A stretch of 64,000 nt of DNA, taken from Octopus bimaculoides. Its lineage: Eukaryota. The notes under the pieces were generated by a model. The model made no database searches and was not told where the DNA came from. It saw only the letters and a list, made by a program, of their open reading frames with translations. This document shows, one piece after another, positions 26,595 through 39,440 of this stretch; position 1 is the first letter of the stretch, and each line of letters starts with the position of its first letter. The stretch is from NCBI RefSeq assembly GCF_001194135.2, contig NC_068982.1:5598795-5662794 (forward strand), in the 5' to 3' direction. The position numbers and the translations under genes were made by a program.

Positions 26595-27121
26595 CAGTAA
26601 TCCCTCGCCATATCGCGGTTCACCTATCGCAGTTTATTATTAAAGCTTACGTCAATTCCTCCGTGGTCTTGTTTTGCATTCATAATAAAATAAATATATG
26701 CAACACACTCACCGGTAAAGTTTCCACTAATTTACTTATTTATTTTTCCTAAAATTTTCGTTGCATCTTGCAACTTTTCCAATAGTCGTTAAGAGTCAAC
26801 GACTCTTAAAAAGGTTGCAAGACGCAACGAAAATTTTAGGAAAAATAAATATGTAAATGAGTGGAAACTTTATCGGTGAGTGTGTTAAATAATAAGGCAC
26901 TAAAAGAGAAAGACTCTCCTCAGACACAACAAAATATGCTTCAACACACGAAGTCGCATAAAAAATCTTGCAAACCAAATCCCAAAACGAAATAAAATAT
27001 AAACAAATTATAAAAATAATAAAAAATATATAAACAGTACAGTACTGTTTCTGCTTCGCAGATTTTCACCTACCGCGGCGGGTTTTGGAACGTAAGACCC
27101 GCGATAGTCGAGGGACACCTG
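26595..27121. mobile_element. Tigger-type MITE
   Basis: TIRs CAGTAATCCCTCGCCATATCGCGG / CCGCGATAGTCGAGGGACACCTG with TA on both sides. Confidence 0.85.
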
Positions 27122-27298
27122 TATTGATATACTTCAAGAAAAAGGCCTCTCTCTGTGTATATATATAATTTAATGCACACACTATAAAGATACAAGCTAC
27201 GAACAATTTCTTGCTTCGAAGACTATTAGTAGCTCGTATCTTTATGCTGTGGACATCAAATGATATTTATCTCTCATTGAATGGAGTAATTTTTTGTT

Positions 27299-27676
27299 GA
27301 AGTGGCTGTGTGGTAAGAAGCTTGCTTCCCAACCATATGGTTCCAGGTTCAGTTCAACTACATGGTACCTTGGGCAAGTGTCTTCTGCTATAGCCTCGGA
27401 CCGACCAAAACCTTGTGAGGGGATTTGGTAGATGGAAACTGAAAGAAGCCCGTCGTATATGAATATATATGTATATATATAATATATGTATTTGTGTCTG
27501 TGTTTCCCCCACCCCACCCTACCATCGCTTGACAACCAATGTTGGTGTGTTTACGGCCCCGTCACTTAGAGGTTCGGCAAAAATAATAAGCCTTGAGGTA
27601 GATTTGTTCGACTAAAGGCGGTGCTCCAGCATGGCTGCAGTCAGATGACTGAAACAAGCAAAAGAGTGAAAGAATA
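27299..27676 (+). mobile_element. SINE family A
   Basis: Complete head, internal (TA)n and tail. Confidence 0.85.
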
Positions 27677-27855
27677 ACAGAACAGTAAACTCTGTGTGTG
27701 TGTGTGTGTGTGTATTTGTAAAGCAAGAAGATGGAACTTTCCTCAGAAATCACAGAAATTGTTTCTGTGCATTGGTATCAGCTCTTAATTGCTGAGTTTT
27801 CAGTAAAAAGAGTAATCCAGGTTATGAGGTTATTACTTAAATGATATTAAACACA

Positions 27856-27886
<31 letters not shown>

Positions 27887-28232
27887 GCACGCACGCACAC
27901 GCATACAAAATCAACATTCTCTTTACCTCATAGTATACGAAGTTAGCCAAACTTAGGAACTCCACCAGTGATGAAATAATTGCTGTTAAAATAAACTCCA
28001 GGTCAGTTCGGATCTTACTTCCCTATGACCATTTACATTCCAACTGCGAACACTCGGTCTTTGAGAGGTATCTAAGACTAAAATTTCCAAAGTTTCCTTG
28101 TCTTATTTAAGACGGCAGAGTGAAATGTGAGGGGTATCCAGCTGCTCTTTCCTGTAGGACGTTTATTTAATTATATCGATTCCATATGCATGTATGTCAA
28201 TTCTGTATAACCGGACTGCATATATACATACA

Positions 28233-28353
<121 letters not shown>

Positions 28354-28750
28354 GTCTGTCTGCCTGTCTGTCTGTCTGTCTGTCTACACACACACACATA
28401 CATACATACACACACACACACATTGTGCGTACCGTCTACTTGCATCGATATACCTATTTGCCTCTGTCAATGCATCAATCAGTTTTATGTCTACCAGCAT
28501 TCGTCCCCATTCGTTCAAATAAATGTTATAGCGAGAAGCAGAAAACGTCACCAGGGTTAACGACGGTGATTTACTCACTTCATGTTCTCATTTAACGACA
28601 TTTACTGATACGTTTGTAACAAAATATATTGTTCAATTTGTTTCGTATCCTCTTAACTCAACAATAATGACTGACAATATTTCAACAAGTCGTAAAAACA
28701 TGATATCACATAGTTACAAGTTGTTATGCTATAACACACACACACATGTA

Positions 28751-28797
<47 letters not shown>

Positions 28798-29576
28798 TGC
28801 ATAAAACCATTGCCCTCTCCTCTTGCAATATGTAAATCATAAAGCCCTTATACATATGTTTATATATAATTATGATATATAAATGCTTTTTTTTTATATG
28901 TACTCGTTTAACAAACAGTCCTTATATTTGAATTTCAATTTATAAACGTTCAACGGAAAAACAAAAAACAAAAACAACCAAACCAAAAGCAAACATGAGA
29001 AAAATCCCGAGGCATTTCTATGATTTTGTACGAATATTTCGAGAATCACCTGATATGCCCCCTGACGGCCACCAATTACAGGGGAAACAATCACTTCTAG
29101 ATTAAATTAAGTTGAGACATATTTGAAAATCCGATAGTTGTATCAAAGAATGAAGAAGATATACAGAAGATATATATGCGTTCGACAACAGAATAATGCT
29201 CTCGATCAGCAGTGCTAAAACTGACGCATACCAGACGCAAGCTTTAAGGAAACATTAATGAACATTTTCAGTCTTTGTTCCTTTTTTTATTGATGAAAAG
29301 AGAAAATAATGTTTGTATCATGGTAGTTTATCTTTCTTCGCCATACAGTTGGAGATGTTTAAAATAAACCAAGCATTGTGCCGAGCCCTCTCCCAATTTT
29401 TACAGCTAGTACTCCTATAAGGAACACTGATCCGGGTACTATCACAGTATCCCACAGTTGTGGTTTCAAATACTGTTGGGAGACATTTTCTCTTCAACAT
29501 TTTGACATTTTTACCATACTTGCCAGTTTTCCAGTATTATATTGTAACAGACTCATTGAACCTTTATACAAAAGTT

Positions 29577-29650
29577 GGCTGGTTAATCGGTTGGTTAGAG
29601 CCCTGCGCTAAGAACGCGAATGTCATGGATTCGAACCCCCGTACTAGCCA
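29577..29650 (+). pseudogene. tRNA-Ile(AAT)-derived pseudogene; anticodon now reads AAG
   Basis: 74 nt with a fully paired acceptor stem GGCTGGT/ACTAGCC+A, GGTTGGTTAGAGC, loop CTAAGAA and TTCGAAC. It is colinear with metazoan tRNA-Ile(AAT) but has damaged D, anticodon and T stems. Confidence 0.75.
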
Positions 29651-29659
29651 GATGTTTAT

Positions 29660-30082
29660 GTAAGGCGTGACTGTATTGGTAAGAAACTTGCTTTTCAACT
29701 ACATGACTGCGGGTTCAGTCCCACTGTGTGGCACCTTAGGCAAGTGTCTTCTACTATAGCCTCGGGCCGACCAAATCTTTGTGTGTGGACTTAGTAGACG
29801 GAAACTGAAAGAAGCCCGTCTTATATATATATATATATGTGTGTATGTGTATTATGTATGTATTTATGTGACTGTGTGTCTTTGTGTCTGTGTATGTCCT
29901 CCACCACCGCTTGATAACCGGTGTTGGTTTGTTTACCTCTCTTGCGGTTCGGCAAGAGATACCAATAGAATAAATACGAGGTTTAGAAATGATAAGGACC
30001 GGGGTCGATTTGTTGGACTAAAATTCTTCAGAAAAGTGCTCCGGCATGGCCGCAGTCTAATGACTGAAACAAGTAAAAGATA
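29660..30082 (+). mobile_element. SINE family A
   Basis: Complete copy beginning ~10 bp after the tRNA-like sequence. Confidence 0.85.
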
Positions 30083-30199
30083 GAGAGAAGGAAAAAAAAA
30101 AACCTTGGACTCATCAAATTAATATAGAAATCTTATTGTTGTTGTTACTGTTGTATATAGACCAGGTCGAAGCAGACATCACATGGTTCTAGACTGGAA

Positions 30200-30365
30200 T
30201 ATTTTTGACTATCTTTTACGATCTGAGTTCAAATTTCGCTGAGCTCAGCATTGCTTTCCATCCTTCTAGGTCCAATAAAATAAAGTACCAGTCAAGTATT
30301 GGGGTCCATATATTCGACCGACCCAACTCCTCTAAAAGTTACTGGCCTCGTGCCAAAATTTGAAG
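30200..30365 (+). mobile_element. SINE family B (old, 5' truncated)
   Basis: GAGTTCAAATTTCGC...TTTCCATCCTT...AAGTACCAGTC...GGCCTCGTGCCAAAATTTGAA. Confidence 0.7.
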
Positions 30366-32444
30366 CTGTTATTACTACTATTGTTTGTTAAGCGACATAA
30401 ATTATAATTACCCAATTTTGTTTTAAGACCCTATACTATGGTTTGAAGGACATGTGGCTATTATTTCTAGCAGTTTGGAGACAACGTAGAAGGCTCCTCG
30501 TTGGCTTGCTCATAGTGATTTCATAATCACATGAGTATACATTTTTTTTTCTTCCGAGCACACGTTTTGTGTATGTATGTGCGTGTATATATGTGTGTAT
30601 ACGTGTGTGTGATGATGATGCTAAAGATTCAAAGAATGGTAAACAAGAGAAAAAGATGAGGTTGTGTTTTTTTTTTATCAGGAGGAGGAGGAGGAGGATG
30701 GAAAACGTTTTCACAAACGGTGCTTAAATGAGCAATTACACACACACACACACACACACACANNNNNNNNNNNNNNNNNNNNNNNNNNNNNNNNNNNNNN
30801 NNNNNNNNNNNNNNNNNNNNNNNNNNNNNNNNNNNNNNNNNNNNNNNNNNNNNNNNNNNNNNNNNNNNNNNNNNNNNNNNNNNNNNNNNNNNNNNNNNNN
30901 NNNNNNNNNNNNNNNNNNNNNNNNNNNNNNNNNNNNNNNNNNNNNNNNNNNNNNNNNNNNNNNNNNNNNNNNNNNNNNNNNNNNNNNNNNNNNNNNNNNN
31001 NNNNNNNNNNNNNNNNNNNNNNNNNNNNNNNNNNNNNNNNNNNNNNNNNNNNNNNNNNNNNNNNNNNNNNNNNNNNNNNNNNNNNNNNNNNNNNNNNNNN
31101 NNNNNNNNNNNNNNNNNNNNNNNNNNNNNNNNNNNNNNNNNNNNNNNNNNNNNNNNNNNNNNNNNNNNNNNNNNNNNNNNNNNNNNNNNNNNNNNNNNNN
31201 NNNNNNNNNNNNNNNNNNNNNNNNNNNNNNNNNNNNNNNNNNNNNNNNNNNNNNNNNNNNNNNNNNNNNNNNNNNNNNNNNNNNNNNNNNNNNNNNNNNN
31301 NNNNNNNNNNNNNNNNNNNNNNNNNNNNNNNNNNNNNNNNNNNNNNNNNNNNNNNNNNNNNNNNNNNNNNNNNNNNNNNNNNNNNNNNNNNNNNNNNNNN
31401 NNNNNNNNNNNNNNNNNNNNNNNNNNNNNNNNNNNNNNNNNNNNNNNNNNNNNNNNNNNNNNNNNNNNNNNNNNNNNNNNNNNNNNNNNNNNNNNNNNNN
31501 NNNNNNTATATATATATATACACACACATACATATACATTTATATAAATGTATATATGTATACATATAACTGTGTGTGTACATATATACATACATACGTA
31601 CACACATACATACATACATACATACATACATACATACATACATACATACATACACGCGTTTACATTGAATTATGGCATTAAGTATGTATGAGCAGAACTG
31701 AATAGCTGAGCACTGAGGATATAACAACAGGGTGTATATATATTACATGCATGCGTTATTGTGTAAAATATATGAATACATACCACATAAAACATGCAAA
31801 TAAGTGAGTCTGTTGATACATATAAACCTGTATTTTATTTTATAATATTTATAAATATTGATATTTTTTTCATGCAATCCATATACACACTAAATCAAAC
31901 GCATATAGTATCTATAAAACAATCCAAAATCTTATATACACAAACAAGCACACATGTGTATGTGTGCATGTACAAGGTGCGTGTTTCTGTTTCTCTATGT
32001 GTTATATACTTATGACATACAGATACACGTAATATTCACAAAACATTGTAAAAAAATGCAAAACAAAAAAATGAAATGAAAATGAAAAACTATGTGAAAA
32101 TATTTTTGTTTGTAGGATTATTACAATGCGTTGTCTTCTAATTAGAGATAATTTACTTATTTTTCTGTAAACTATGTATATATTGATGTATATCTCATGT
32201 ATATTTGTAAAAAATATATGAAACAAAAACAAAATGAAAAAAAAATCTTGTCGTTTGTCTTCTTTTTGAAATCATAACCTGTTTTGCTTTTTCTCTTTAT
32301 TAGATTCAGATCGAAATTGATTTCAACAACTCAGGGGTTGGCGATCACCTAAATACTTTCGGTTCCTGAACCTATATGGTAAAGCTCCTGTTTGATAGAA
32401 TGCATGCTCGTTTCTTGCAGGTAACTTTCCAAACAGTGAAGAGC

Positions 32445-32770
32445 GCTTGGCTTAGTAGTTAGGGCTTTCGGCTCACGATCGTTAGGTTGTGAGTGCAATT
32501 CCCGTCGAAGCCTTGTGTCCTTCAGTAAGTCACTTTATTTCACATTGCTCCAGTCCACTCAGCTGGCAAAAATGAGTAGAACCTGTATTTAAAAAAAGAT
32601 CCACTTTTGTCACATTCTGTGTCACGCTAAATGTCCCTGAGAACTACACTACAAGGACGCGTGTCCGTGGTGTGCAAAGTCACTTGCACTTTAATTTCAG
32701 AAACAGGCTGTTCCGTTGATCGGACCAACTGGAACCCTCGTCGTCATAACCGACGTAATGCCAGTTGACT
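32445..32770 (+). mobile_element. SINE family D (own tRNA head, family-C-like 3' end)
   Basis: TGGCTTAGTAGTTAGGGC...CCACTCAGCTGGCAAAAATGAG followed by TGTCACATTCTGTGTCACGC...GGAACCCTCGTCGTCATAACCGACG. Confidence 0.7.
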
Positions 32771-33287
32771 TTCCAAACAAAACAACGTATCTAGTAGCTA
32801 ACTGACGAAGTTGGTGNNNNNNNNNNNNNNNNNNNAATAAAGACGTAATTAAGTGCACAGCTTGATCAAGAACACAAACATGTAGTTTGAATATGTGATA
32901 ACTGAGCCTGTTGTACAATTACCTTTGGCACCGTTTTACTATAATGTTTATATCCGGATCTATTCCATCTCAATCACAGATTGTTTAACTAATTGTTTTT
33001 TAACTAAACAGTTTGAAACATTGAATACTTGTAGAATTTTTCACGTAGAACACGGTTTACGATTAACATTTTTGACAAAATTTCCTATTTTAGAAGTTAT
33101 TTCGTGTTAAAGTTGTCGTATTTAGTCAATTTCAACCAATCAACGACGTGTATTCGGTTGCAGAAAGACACTTCAGAAGAGTTTGACAGATTTTTTTCTC
33201 TCCAGTTTGCCAATATTTTCAATAAGTTAATTGGCTCATGGAGTTGTACCATACAGAATTTACTAGAGTTTCAGTTGGAATTCAAGA

Positions 33288-34017
33288 GGCGCAGGTGTGT
33301 CGCTGAGTGATTTAGGAACTTGCTTCCCAACCACTGCGCGACTTCCTGGGCAAGTGTTTTCTACTATAACCCTGGGAAAACCAAACACACACACGCACAC
33401 ACATGTATATATACATATATGTATGTATGTGTACGTATTTGTGTCTCTATGCATGTGTTTGTTCCTTACCCAGCTTAACAATCGGTGTTCGTTTGTTTGC
33501 GTCAAGTAACTTAGTGTTCAGCGAAAGATTCCGATAGAGTAAGTACCAAACTTTAAAAATAAGAACAGTGGTCGATTCGTTCGGTTGAGCCTTTCAAGGC
33601 GGTGCTCTAGCATGGCCGCAACCCAAAGACTGAAGCAAATAAAAGATAGATGGCAAATAAATATTAAATTTGGCGCTTTTGACCGCAGCCATACCGAGGT
33701 GTGGCCATGAAGGGTGTTAGTCGAACAAATCGACCCCAGGACATTTTTTAAAGCTTAGTACATATTCTATCGGTTTCTTTTGCCGAATTGCTGTGTTACA
33801 GGGACATAAACACTCCAACACCGGTTGTCGAAAGGTGGGTGGGGACAAACACAGACACAAACACGCAGAATACGATGGGCTTCTTTCAGTTTCCGTCTAC
33901 CAAATCCACTCACAAAGCTTTGGTCGGTCCCTGCCCAAGGTTCCACGCAGTGGAACTGAACCCGGAACCATGTGGTTGGGAAGCAAGCTTCTTACCACAC
34001 AGCCATGCCTGCCACAT
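33288..34017. mobile_element. Two SINE family A copies, tail-to-tail (+ 33288-33650; - 33680-34017)
   Basis: Family-A head and tail motifs in opposite orientations. Confidence 0.8.
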
Positions 34018-34555
34018 NNNNNNNNNNNNNNNNNNNNNNNNNNNNNNNNNNNNNNNNNNNNNNNNNNNNNNNNNNNNNNNNNNNNNNNNNNNNNNNNNNN
34101 NNNNNNNNNNNNNNNNNNNNNNNNNNNNNNNNNNNNNNNNNNNNNNNNNNNNNNNNNNNNNNNNNNNNNNNNNNNNNNNNNNNNNNNNNNNNNNNNNNNN
34201 NNNNNNNNNNNNNNNNNNNNNNNNNNNNNNNNNNNNNNNNNNNNNNNNNNNNNNNNNNNNNNNNNNNNNNNNNNNNNNNNNNNNNNNNNNNNNNNNNNNN
34301 NNNNNNNNNNNNNNNNNNNNNNNNNNNNNNNNNNNNNNNNNNNNNNNNNNNNNNNNNNNNNNNNNNNNNNNNNNNNNNNNNNNNNNNNNNNNNNNNNNNN
34401 NNNNNNNNNNNNNNNNNNNNNNNNNNNNNNNNNNNNNNNNNNNNNNNNNNNNNNNNNNNNNNNNNNNNNNNNNNNNNNNNNNNNNNNNNNNNNNNNNNNN
34501 NNNNNNNNNNNNNNNNNNNNNNNNNNNNNNNNNNNNNNNNNNNNNNNNNNNNNNN

Positions 34556-34591
<36 letters not shown>

Positions 34592-34619
34592 TAATAATAA
34601 TAATAATAATAACGACAAC

Positions 34620-34795
34620 ATTGAAAAATACTTTAGGAATGAGAACCCAGGTTCGAAATTTCCCCCAAGATACCTGATGAAGGCTGGAGGGTATATCAAC
34701 CGAAACGTTGTGTTAACAACAAAGAAGATGAGGACAAATATCCATCAAATGTAAATAATGTAAATAATTCCTCATCTCTTAAATATAGAACTGCA
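34620..34795 (+). mobile_element. Penelope-like element terminal fragment
   Basis: CCTGATGAAGGCTGGAGGGTATATCAACCGAAACGTTG (34673-34710) resembles the CTGA(T/A)GA..N..CGAAAC terminus of Penelope-like elements. Confidence 0.5.
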
Positions 34796-34967
34796 GCTTC
34801 TTTATATTCTTTGATTTCATTGGGACTTATTTTTCTTTCGTTCCCTTCTTCATAAGTAAAGGAACTGCTTGAATCAACAAATACCAGTGTTTCACACGCA
34901 CACAGCATACAAACACAGACTCTCTCGCTATGTCTCACTCCCTTTCTCTGCCTCTCTGCCTCTCCCC

Positions 34968-35000
<33 letters not shown>

Positions 35001-35069
35001 GCACACACACATATACACTCCCGGATGTGACATGTTGGATTTATTGGTAAGTAGGAGTTGTTTTTCCTC

Positions 35070-35274
35070 TTTTGCTTGTTCCAGTCATTAGACTACGGCC
35101 ATGCTGGGGCACCACCTTTGGTCGAGCAAATCTACCCCAGAACTTATTCTTTGTAAGCCTATTACTTATTCTATTGGCCTATTTTACCGAACCGCTAAGT
35201 TATGAGGACGTAAACACACCAGCATCGGTTGTCAAGCGATGTTGGGGGGACAAACAAAGACACACAAAGACACA

Positions 35275-35318
<44 letters not shown>

Positions 35319-35590
35319 CGACGGGCTTCTTTCAGTTTCCGTTTACCAAATCCATTCACAAGGCTTTGGTCGGCCCGAGGTTGGTAAGCAAGCTACTTAT
35401 CATATAGCCACTCCTGCACCTATACGTACATACATATATACATATATACTTATATATATATATATATATATATAATGGGCTTCTTTCAGTTTCCGTCTAC
35501 CAAATGCACCCACAAGGCTTTGGTAGAAGACACTTGCCCAAGGTGCCACACAGTGAGATTGAACTTTTTACCATACAACTCCTGCGCCTA
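35070..35590 (-). mobile_element. SINE family A, one near-complete and one partial copy
   Basis: Reverse-complement family-A motifs with an internal (CA)n. Confidence 0.8.
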
Positions 35591-35604
35591 AAAAGAAAGA
35601 TGCG

Positions 35605-35648
35605 CTCCTATACCGGTAATCGAACCCAGGCCGCCTGAGTGAAAGCCA
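35605..35648 (-). pseudogene. 3' half of tRNA-Glu(TTC)
   Basis: The minus strand reads GGCTTTCACTCAGGCGGCCTGGGTTCGATTACCGGTATAGGAG (compare tRNA-Glu GGTTTTCACCCAGGCGGCCCGGGTTCGACTCCCGGTATGGGAA), followed by a T-rich run. The 5' half is replaced by another repeat. Confidence 0.65.
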
Positions 35649-35984
35649 TATGATCAAACATTCCAGCCGTAACCATCTCGACTTATTTTCATAAGACGTT
35701 TCCAGGACAACATTATCTAACTTGACCTTCCATTTATAAGAAGGCAATGATTTGAGGCAAATTTAGCTGCTATTTTTAGCATGTTGAGCCAGAACATAGA
35801 AGGTGTCTCGCCGGTTCGTTTACTGTTAAATGTGTATGAATGGGTCAGCAATTTCTCCAATATGCCTCAACTCTCAATACTCAATGACATAACAATAGTG
35901 AGATCTTAAAAATGTCATAACCCAACCCCAGGTATGTGCGCGTGCGCGTGTATACACACACACACACACATACATGTGTATATA

Positions 35985-36025
<41 letters not shown>

Positions 36026-36525
36026 NNNNNNNNNNNNNNNNNNNNNNNNNNNNNNNNNNNNNNNNNNNNNNNNNNNNNNNNNNNNNNNNNNNNNNNNNNN
36101 NNNNNNNNNNNNNNNNNNNNNNNNNNNNNTAACTTGCTTACCACATAAGTACGGTGGTGAATTCCTTCCCCCTCGACGAATTCAGTATTGCAAAGTGGCC
36201 CGACCCAGACCCATCGTGTTGCTTGAGAGAAGCGAAGGCTATATCGGGTGGAAAAACCTAAGAGGACGAGTGCCTCATATTGTGTAATGAAAAATCGTAA
36301 GAGGCAAATGTCTTAAATTATGACTTTTTATGTACGAGGTTCATAGCCTCAATGTGAAAATTTAATTTTATAAAGAACAGTGTTATAGAGAAGCAAAGTT
36401 CGGCGGGCGGCTTTTGCCTTCTCTCATTATACCATCATATTTATCATCCATTTCATCTCATTAATGTGTTCGTCTAGCCCGCAGCTACTCTGTATACTGC
36501 CTTTATGGCAAATCAAATGAAATAA

Positions 36526-36900
36526 AGTAGCTTGCTTACCAACCATATGATTCCGGGTTCAGTTCCGCTACGTTGCAACTTGGGCAAGTGTCTTCTGCTA
36601 TAGCCTCGGGCCGACCAAAGCCTTGTGAGTGGATTTGGTAGACGGAAACTGAAAGAAGCCCGTCGTATATATATATACATATATATATATATGTGTGTTT
36701 GTGTGTTTGTCCTCCCAACATCGCTTGACAACCAGTGCTGGTGTGTTTACGTCCCCTTAATGTAGCCGTTCGGCAAAATAGACCGATATAATATGTACTA
36801 GGCTTACAAAGTCATGGGGTCGATTTGCTCGACTAAAGTCGGTGCTCCAGTTTGGCCGCAGTCATATGACTGAAACAAGTAAAAGAATGAAAGAATAAAA
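36526..36900 (+). mobile_element. SINE family A
   Basis: Slightly 5'-truncated head, internal (TA)n, AAAGAAT tail. Confidence 0.85.
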
Positions 36901-37619
36901 GAAGAACCATCTGATGTTTTCAAAAAATCTACTTCCCATGTAGTTTCCCATGTACTTCCCATGTAGCATGTTAACGAAAATCGCAACCATATTTTTTTGT
37001 TTTTTTTTTAGCTATTAGTTTCAAGCATTTAAAGTTATACAATTTTATCCAATCGAAGGCGTCCATTGCCAACATATCGAAAGTCAGACAACGAAGACAG
37101 CATTTATAGGGTCTCTTGATGTCATAGAAACAGCTGCGAAAACTTCCTAAAACTAAGCCATTTCGTCTAAAAAGCAACAAAGATGACACATTACAAAGCA
37201 TAGTTGTAGGTGTCATTTTGTTTTTTTCTTCATTCCGAATTAGTGCAGCGATGCTCCGTTAATTTCATGAGCAGGCTCTTCTGTTGCTCGGATCAACTAG
37301 AACCCTCGTCGTGGTAACCGATGGAGTGCCGCGAGTACTCAAACTATTCTGACAGATCACCCTCGAATCGTTTCAGATGAGAAAAATTGGAGGAAATGGC
37401 GCATAAAAGACTGCAATAGATTGTAAAGAAGGAGGATGAAAAGCAAAAAGCGGATAATGACCTGGAATTAATCGCTGAATACAAGATTCGTAAAAGATTG
37501 TTCAGTTCCTTTAAATCTGTCGTAGGTTAGTTCGTTTACTCATTCTCTTTTAGATATTTCGTGACCAGCGCGCTACCAAAACCTCTCAGCATGTCTGAAA
37601 TGAGGTGCATTGATGTTTA

Positions 37620-38035
37620 TTTGGTTCAACCCAGCAATTTTGGGGGAGGGAGTAAGTGGATTACATTGACCCCAGTGATCAACTGGTACTTATTTTATCG
37701 ATCCCTGAAGGAATGAAAGGCACAGTTGACCTCGGTGGAATTCGAACTCAAGACCTAAAGACAAATGAAATGTCACTAAGCATTTTGCCCGGCGTGCTGA
37801 CGACTTTGCCAGCTCGCCGCTTCAACTGAACCAATTATTATTTTCTACTCTAGGCACAAGGCCCGAAATTTTTGGGGAGGTGGCCTCTGTATGCAACTGG
37901 TACTTAATTCATCGACCCCGAAAGGATGAAAGGCAAAGTCGACCTCAGCGGAATTTGAACTCAGAACGTAAAGACAGACGAAATACCACTCAACATTTCG
38001 CCCGGCGTGCTAACGTTTCTGCCAGCTCGCTGCCT
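37620..38035 (-). mobile_element. SINE family B head-to-tail pair
   Basis: Two consecutive reverse-complement copies, each ending CCAGCTCGCC/GCTG. Confidence 0.8.
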
Positions 38036-38467
38036 TACAACTAAAAAAAAATATAAATTAATCCCTGTCGTATTAAATATATTAATCTAAATATATTTTC
38101 TATTTAATTTAGCTTGTTTTACTAAAGCTATATTAATAAACATATTTCCAAGTATAATTTGTTTACACTGGTTAAATTAAAACGAAATAAAAACAAAAAA
38201 CAACGAAGGCAATTTGCTAATGCATTTCGTAAAACATTCAAATGAGCTGTTTAATAGCTGCATCACAGTTACATAACATTTAAGTCTTAATTAATTATAC
38301 ATAATTTTTGTTGTTGACAAATCACCGTAAACTTATAATACCAAACTAATCTCAACAAACAAACACTAACGTATAAACCGTAAGACTACTACTACTACTA
38401 CTTATAATAGTACTACATTATTATTATTGTTGTTGTTGTTGTTGTTGTTATTATTATTATTATTAGG

Positions 38468-38820
38468 CAAAGGAGTGGCTGTGTGGTAAGTAGCATGCTT
38501 ACGAACCCCATGGTTCCAGGCACTTTGGGCAATTGTCTTCTGCTATAGCCCCAGGTCGACCAAAGCCTTGTAAGTTGATGTGGTAGACGGAAACTGAAAG
38601 AAGCCCGACGTATACATATATATGTATGTATGTGTGTGTTCGTCTCACCAACGTCGCTTGACAACCGATGGTGGTGTGTTTACGTCCCCGTAACTTAGCA
38701 GTTCGGCAAAATAGGCCAAGAATAAGTATTAGGCTTACAAGGAATAAGTCCTGGAGTCGATTTGCTCGACTAAAGACGGTGCTCCAGCATGGCCGCAGTC
38801 AAATGACTGAAAAAAATAAA
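38468..38820 (+). mobile_element. SINE family A
   Basis: Complete head and tail. Confidence 0.85.
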
Positions 38821-38989
38821 ATAATAATTATTATTATTTTTACAATGGTACACGATTACATATTTGTTGAAGAAGACAACAGTAGATGGAATCTACCCTC
38901 GTAAATTATGCCATTTATTTGATACATGTAAGAGAGGTGAAGAACAAAAGCAAGCACACCTGCAATGGGGACCCTCTCACAGCCTAGAA

Positions 38990-39440
38990 GAAGCATAGGC
39001 AACCTTTTCCGAGAAGTGGGCCGCATAAAACATAGCCCATCGTTAGGTGGGCCGCATGAGACAGAGCTCATCGTCAGGTGGGCCGCACGAGACATAGCTC
39101 AGCATTGGGTGGGCCGCATGAGACAGAGCTCAGCATTAGGTGGGCCGCATGAGACATAGCTCAGCATTAGGTGGGCCGCATGAGACATAGCTCAGCATTA
39201 GGTGGGCCGCATGAGACATAGATCAGTATTAGGTGGGCCGCATGAGACATAGATCAGTATTAATTGGGCCGCATGAGATATANNNNNNNNNNNNNNNNNN
39301 NNNNNNNNNNNNNNNNNNNNNNNNNNNNNNNNNNNNNNNNNNNNNNNNNNNNNNNNNNNNNNNNNNNNNNNNNNNNNNNNNNNNNGATACAAGTCCCGTG
39401 GGCTGCACGCGGTCCGTGGTCCGCAGTTTTCCTATAACTG
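38990..39440. mobile_element. hAT-Charlie-like MITE carrying a minisatellite
   Basis: Degenerate TIRs GAAGCATAGGCAACC / GTTTTCCTATAACTG; flanking 8-mers GCCTAGAA / GTGTAGAA (NTCTAGAN-like TSD); GGGCCGCA subterminal motifs. Confidence 0.65.
39016..39282. repeat. 31-bp minisatellite, at least 8 full units plus a partial (runs into gap)
   Basis: Unit GTGGGCCGCATGAGACATAGCTCAGCATTAG starts at 39016, 39047, 39078, 39109, 39140, 39171, 39202, 39233 and 39264. Confidence 0.95.

Noticed and set aside
32304-32378. Possible exon with a good acceptor and a GTAAAG donor
   Set aside because: Stops in all three frames and no transcript evidence.
36933-36965. Triple TTCCCATGTA resembling clustered CSL sites
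   Set aside because: Non-canonical (ATGGGAA), a simple 11-12-bp tandem duplication, and 33 kb from NRARP.
39016-39282. CRISPR-like regularly spaced repeat
   Set aside because: Contiguous 31-bp units without unique spacers, no cas genes, eukaryotic context; it is a minisatellite.
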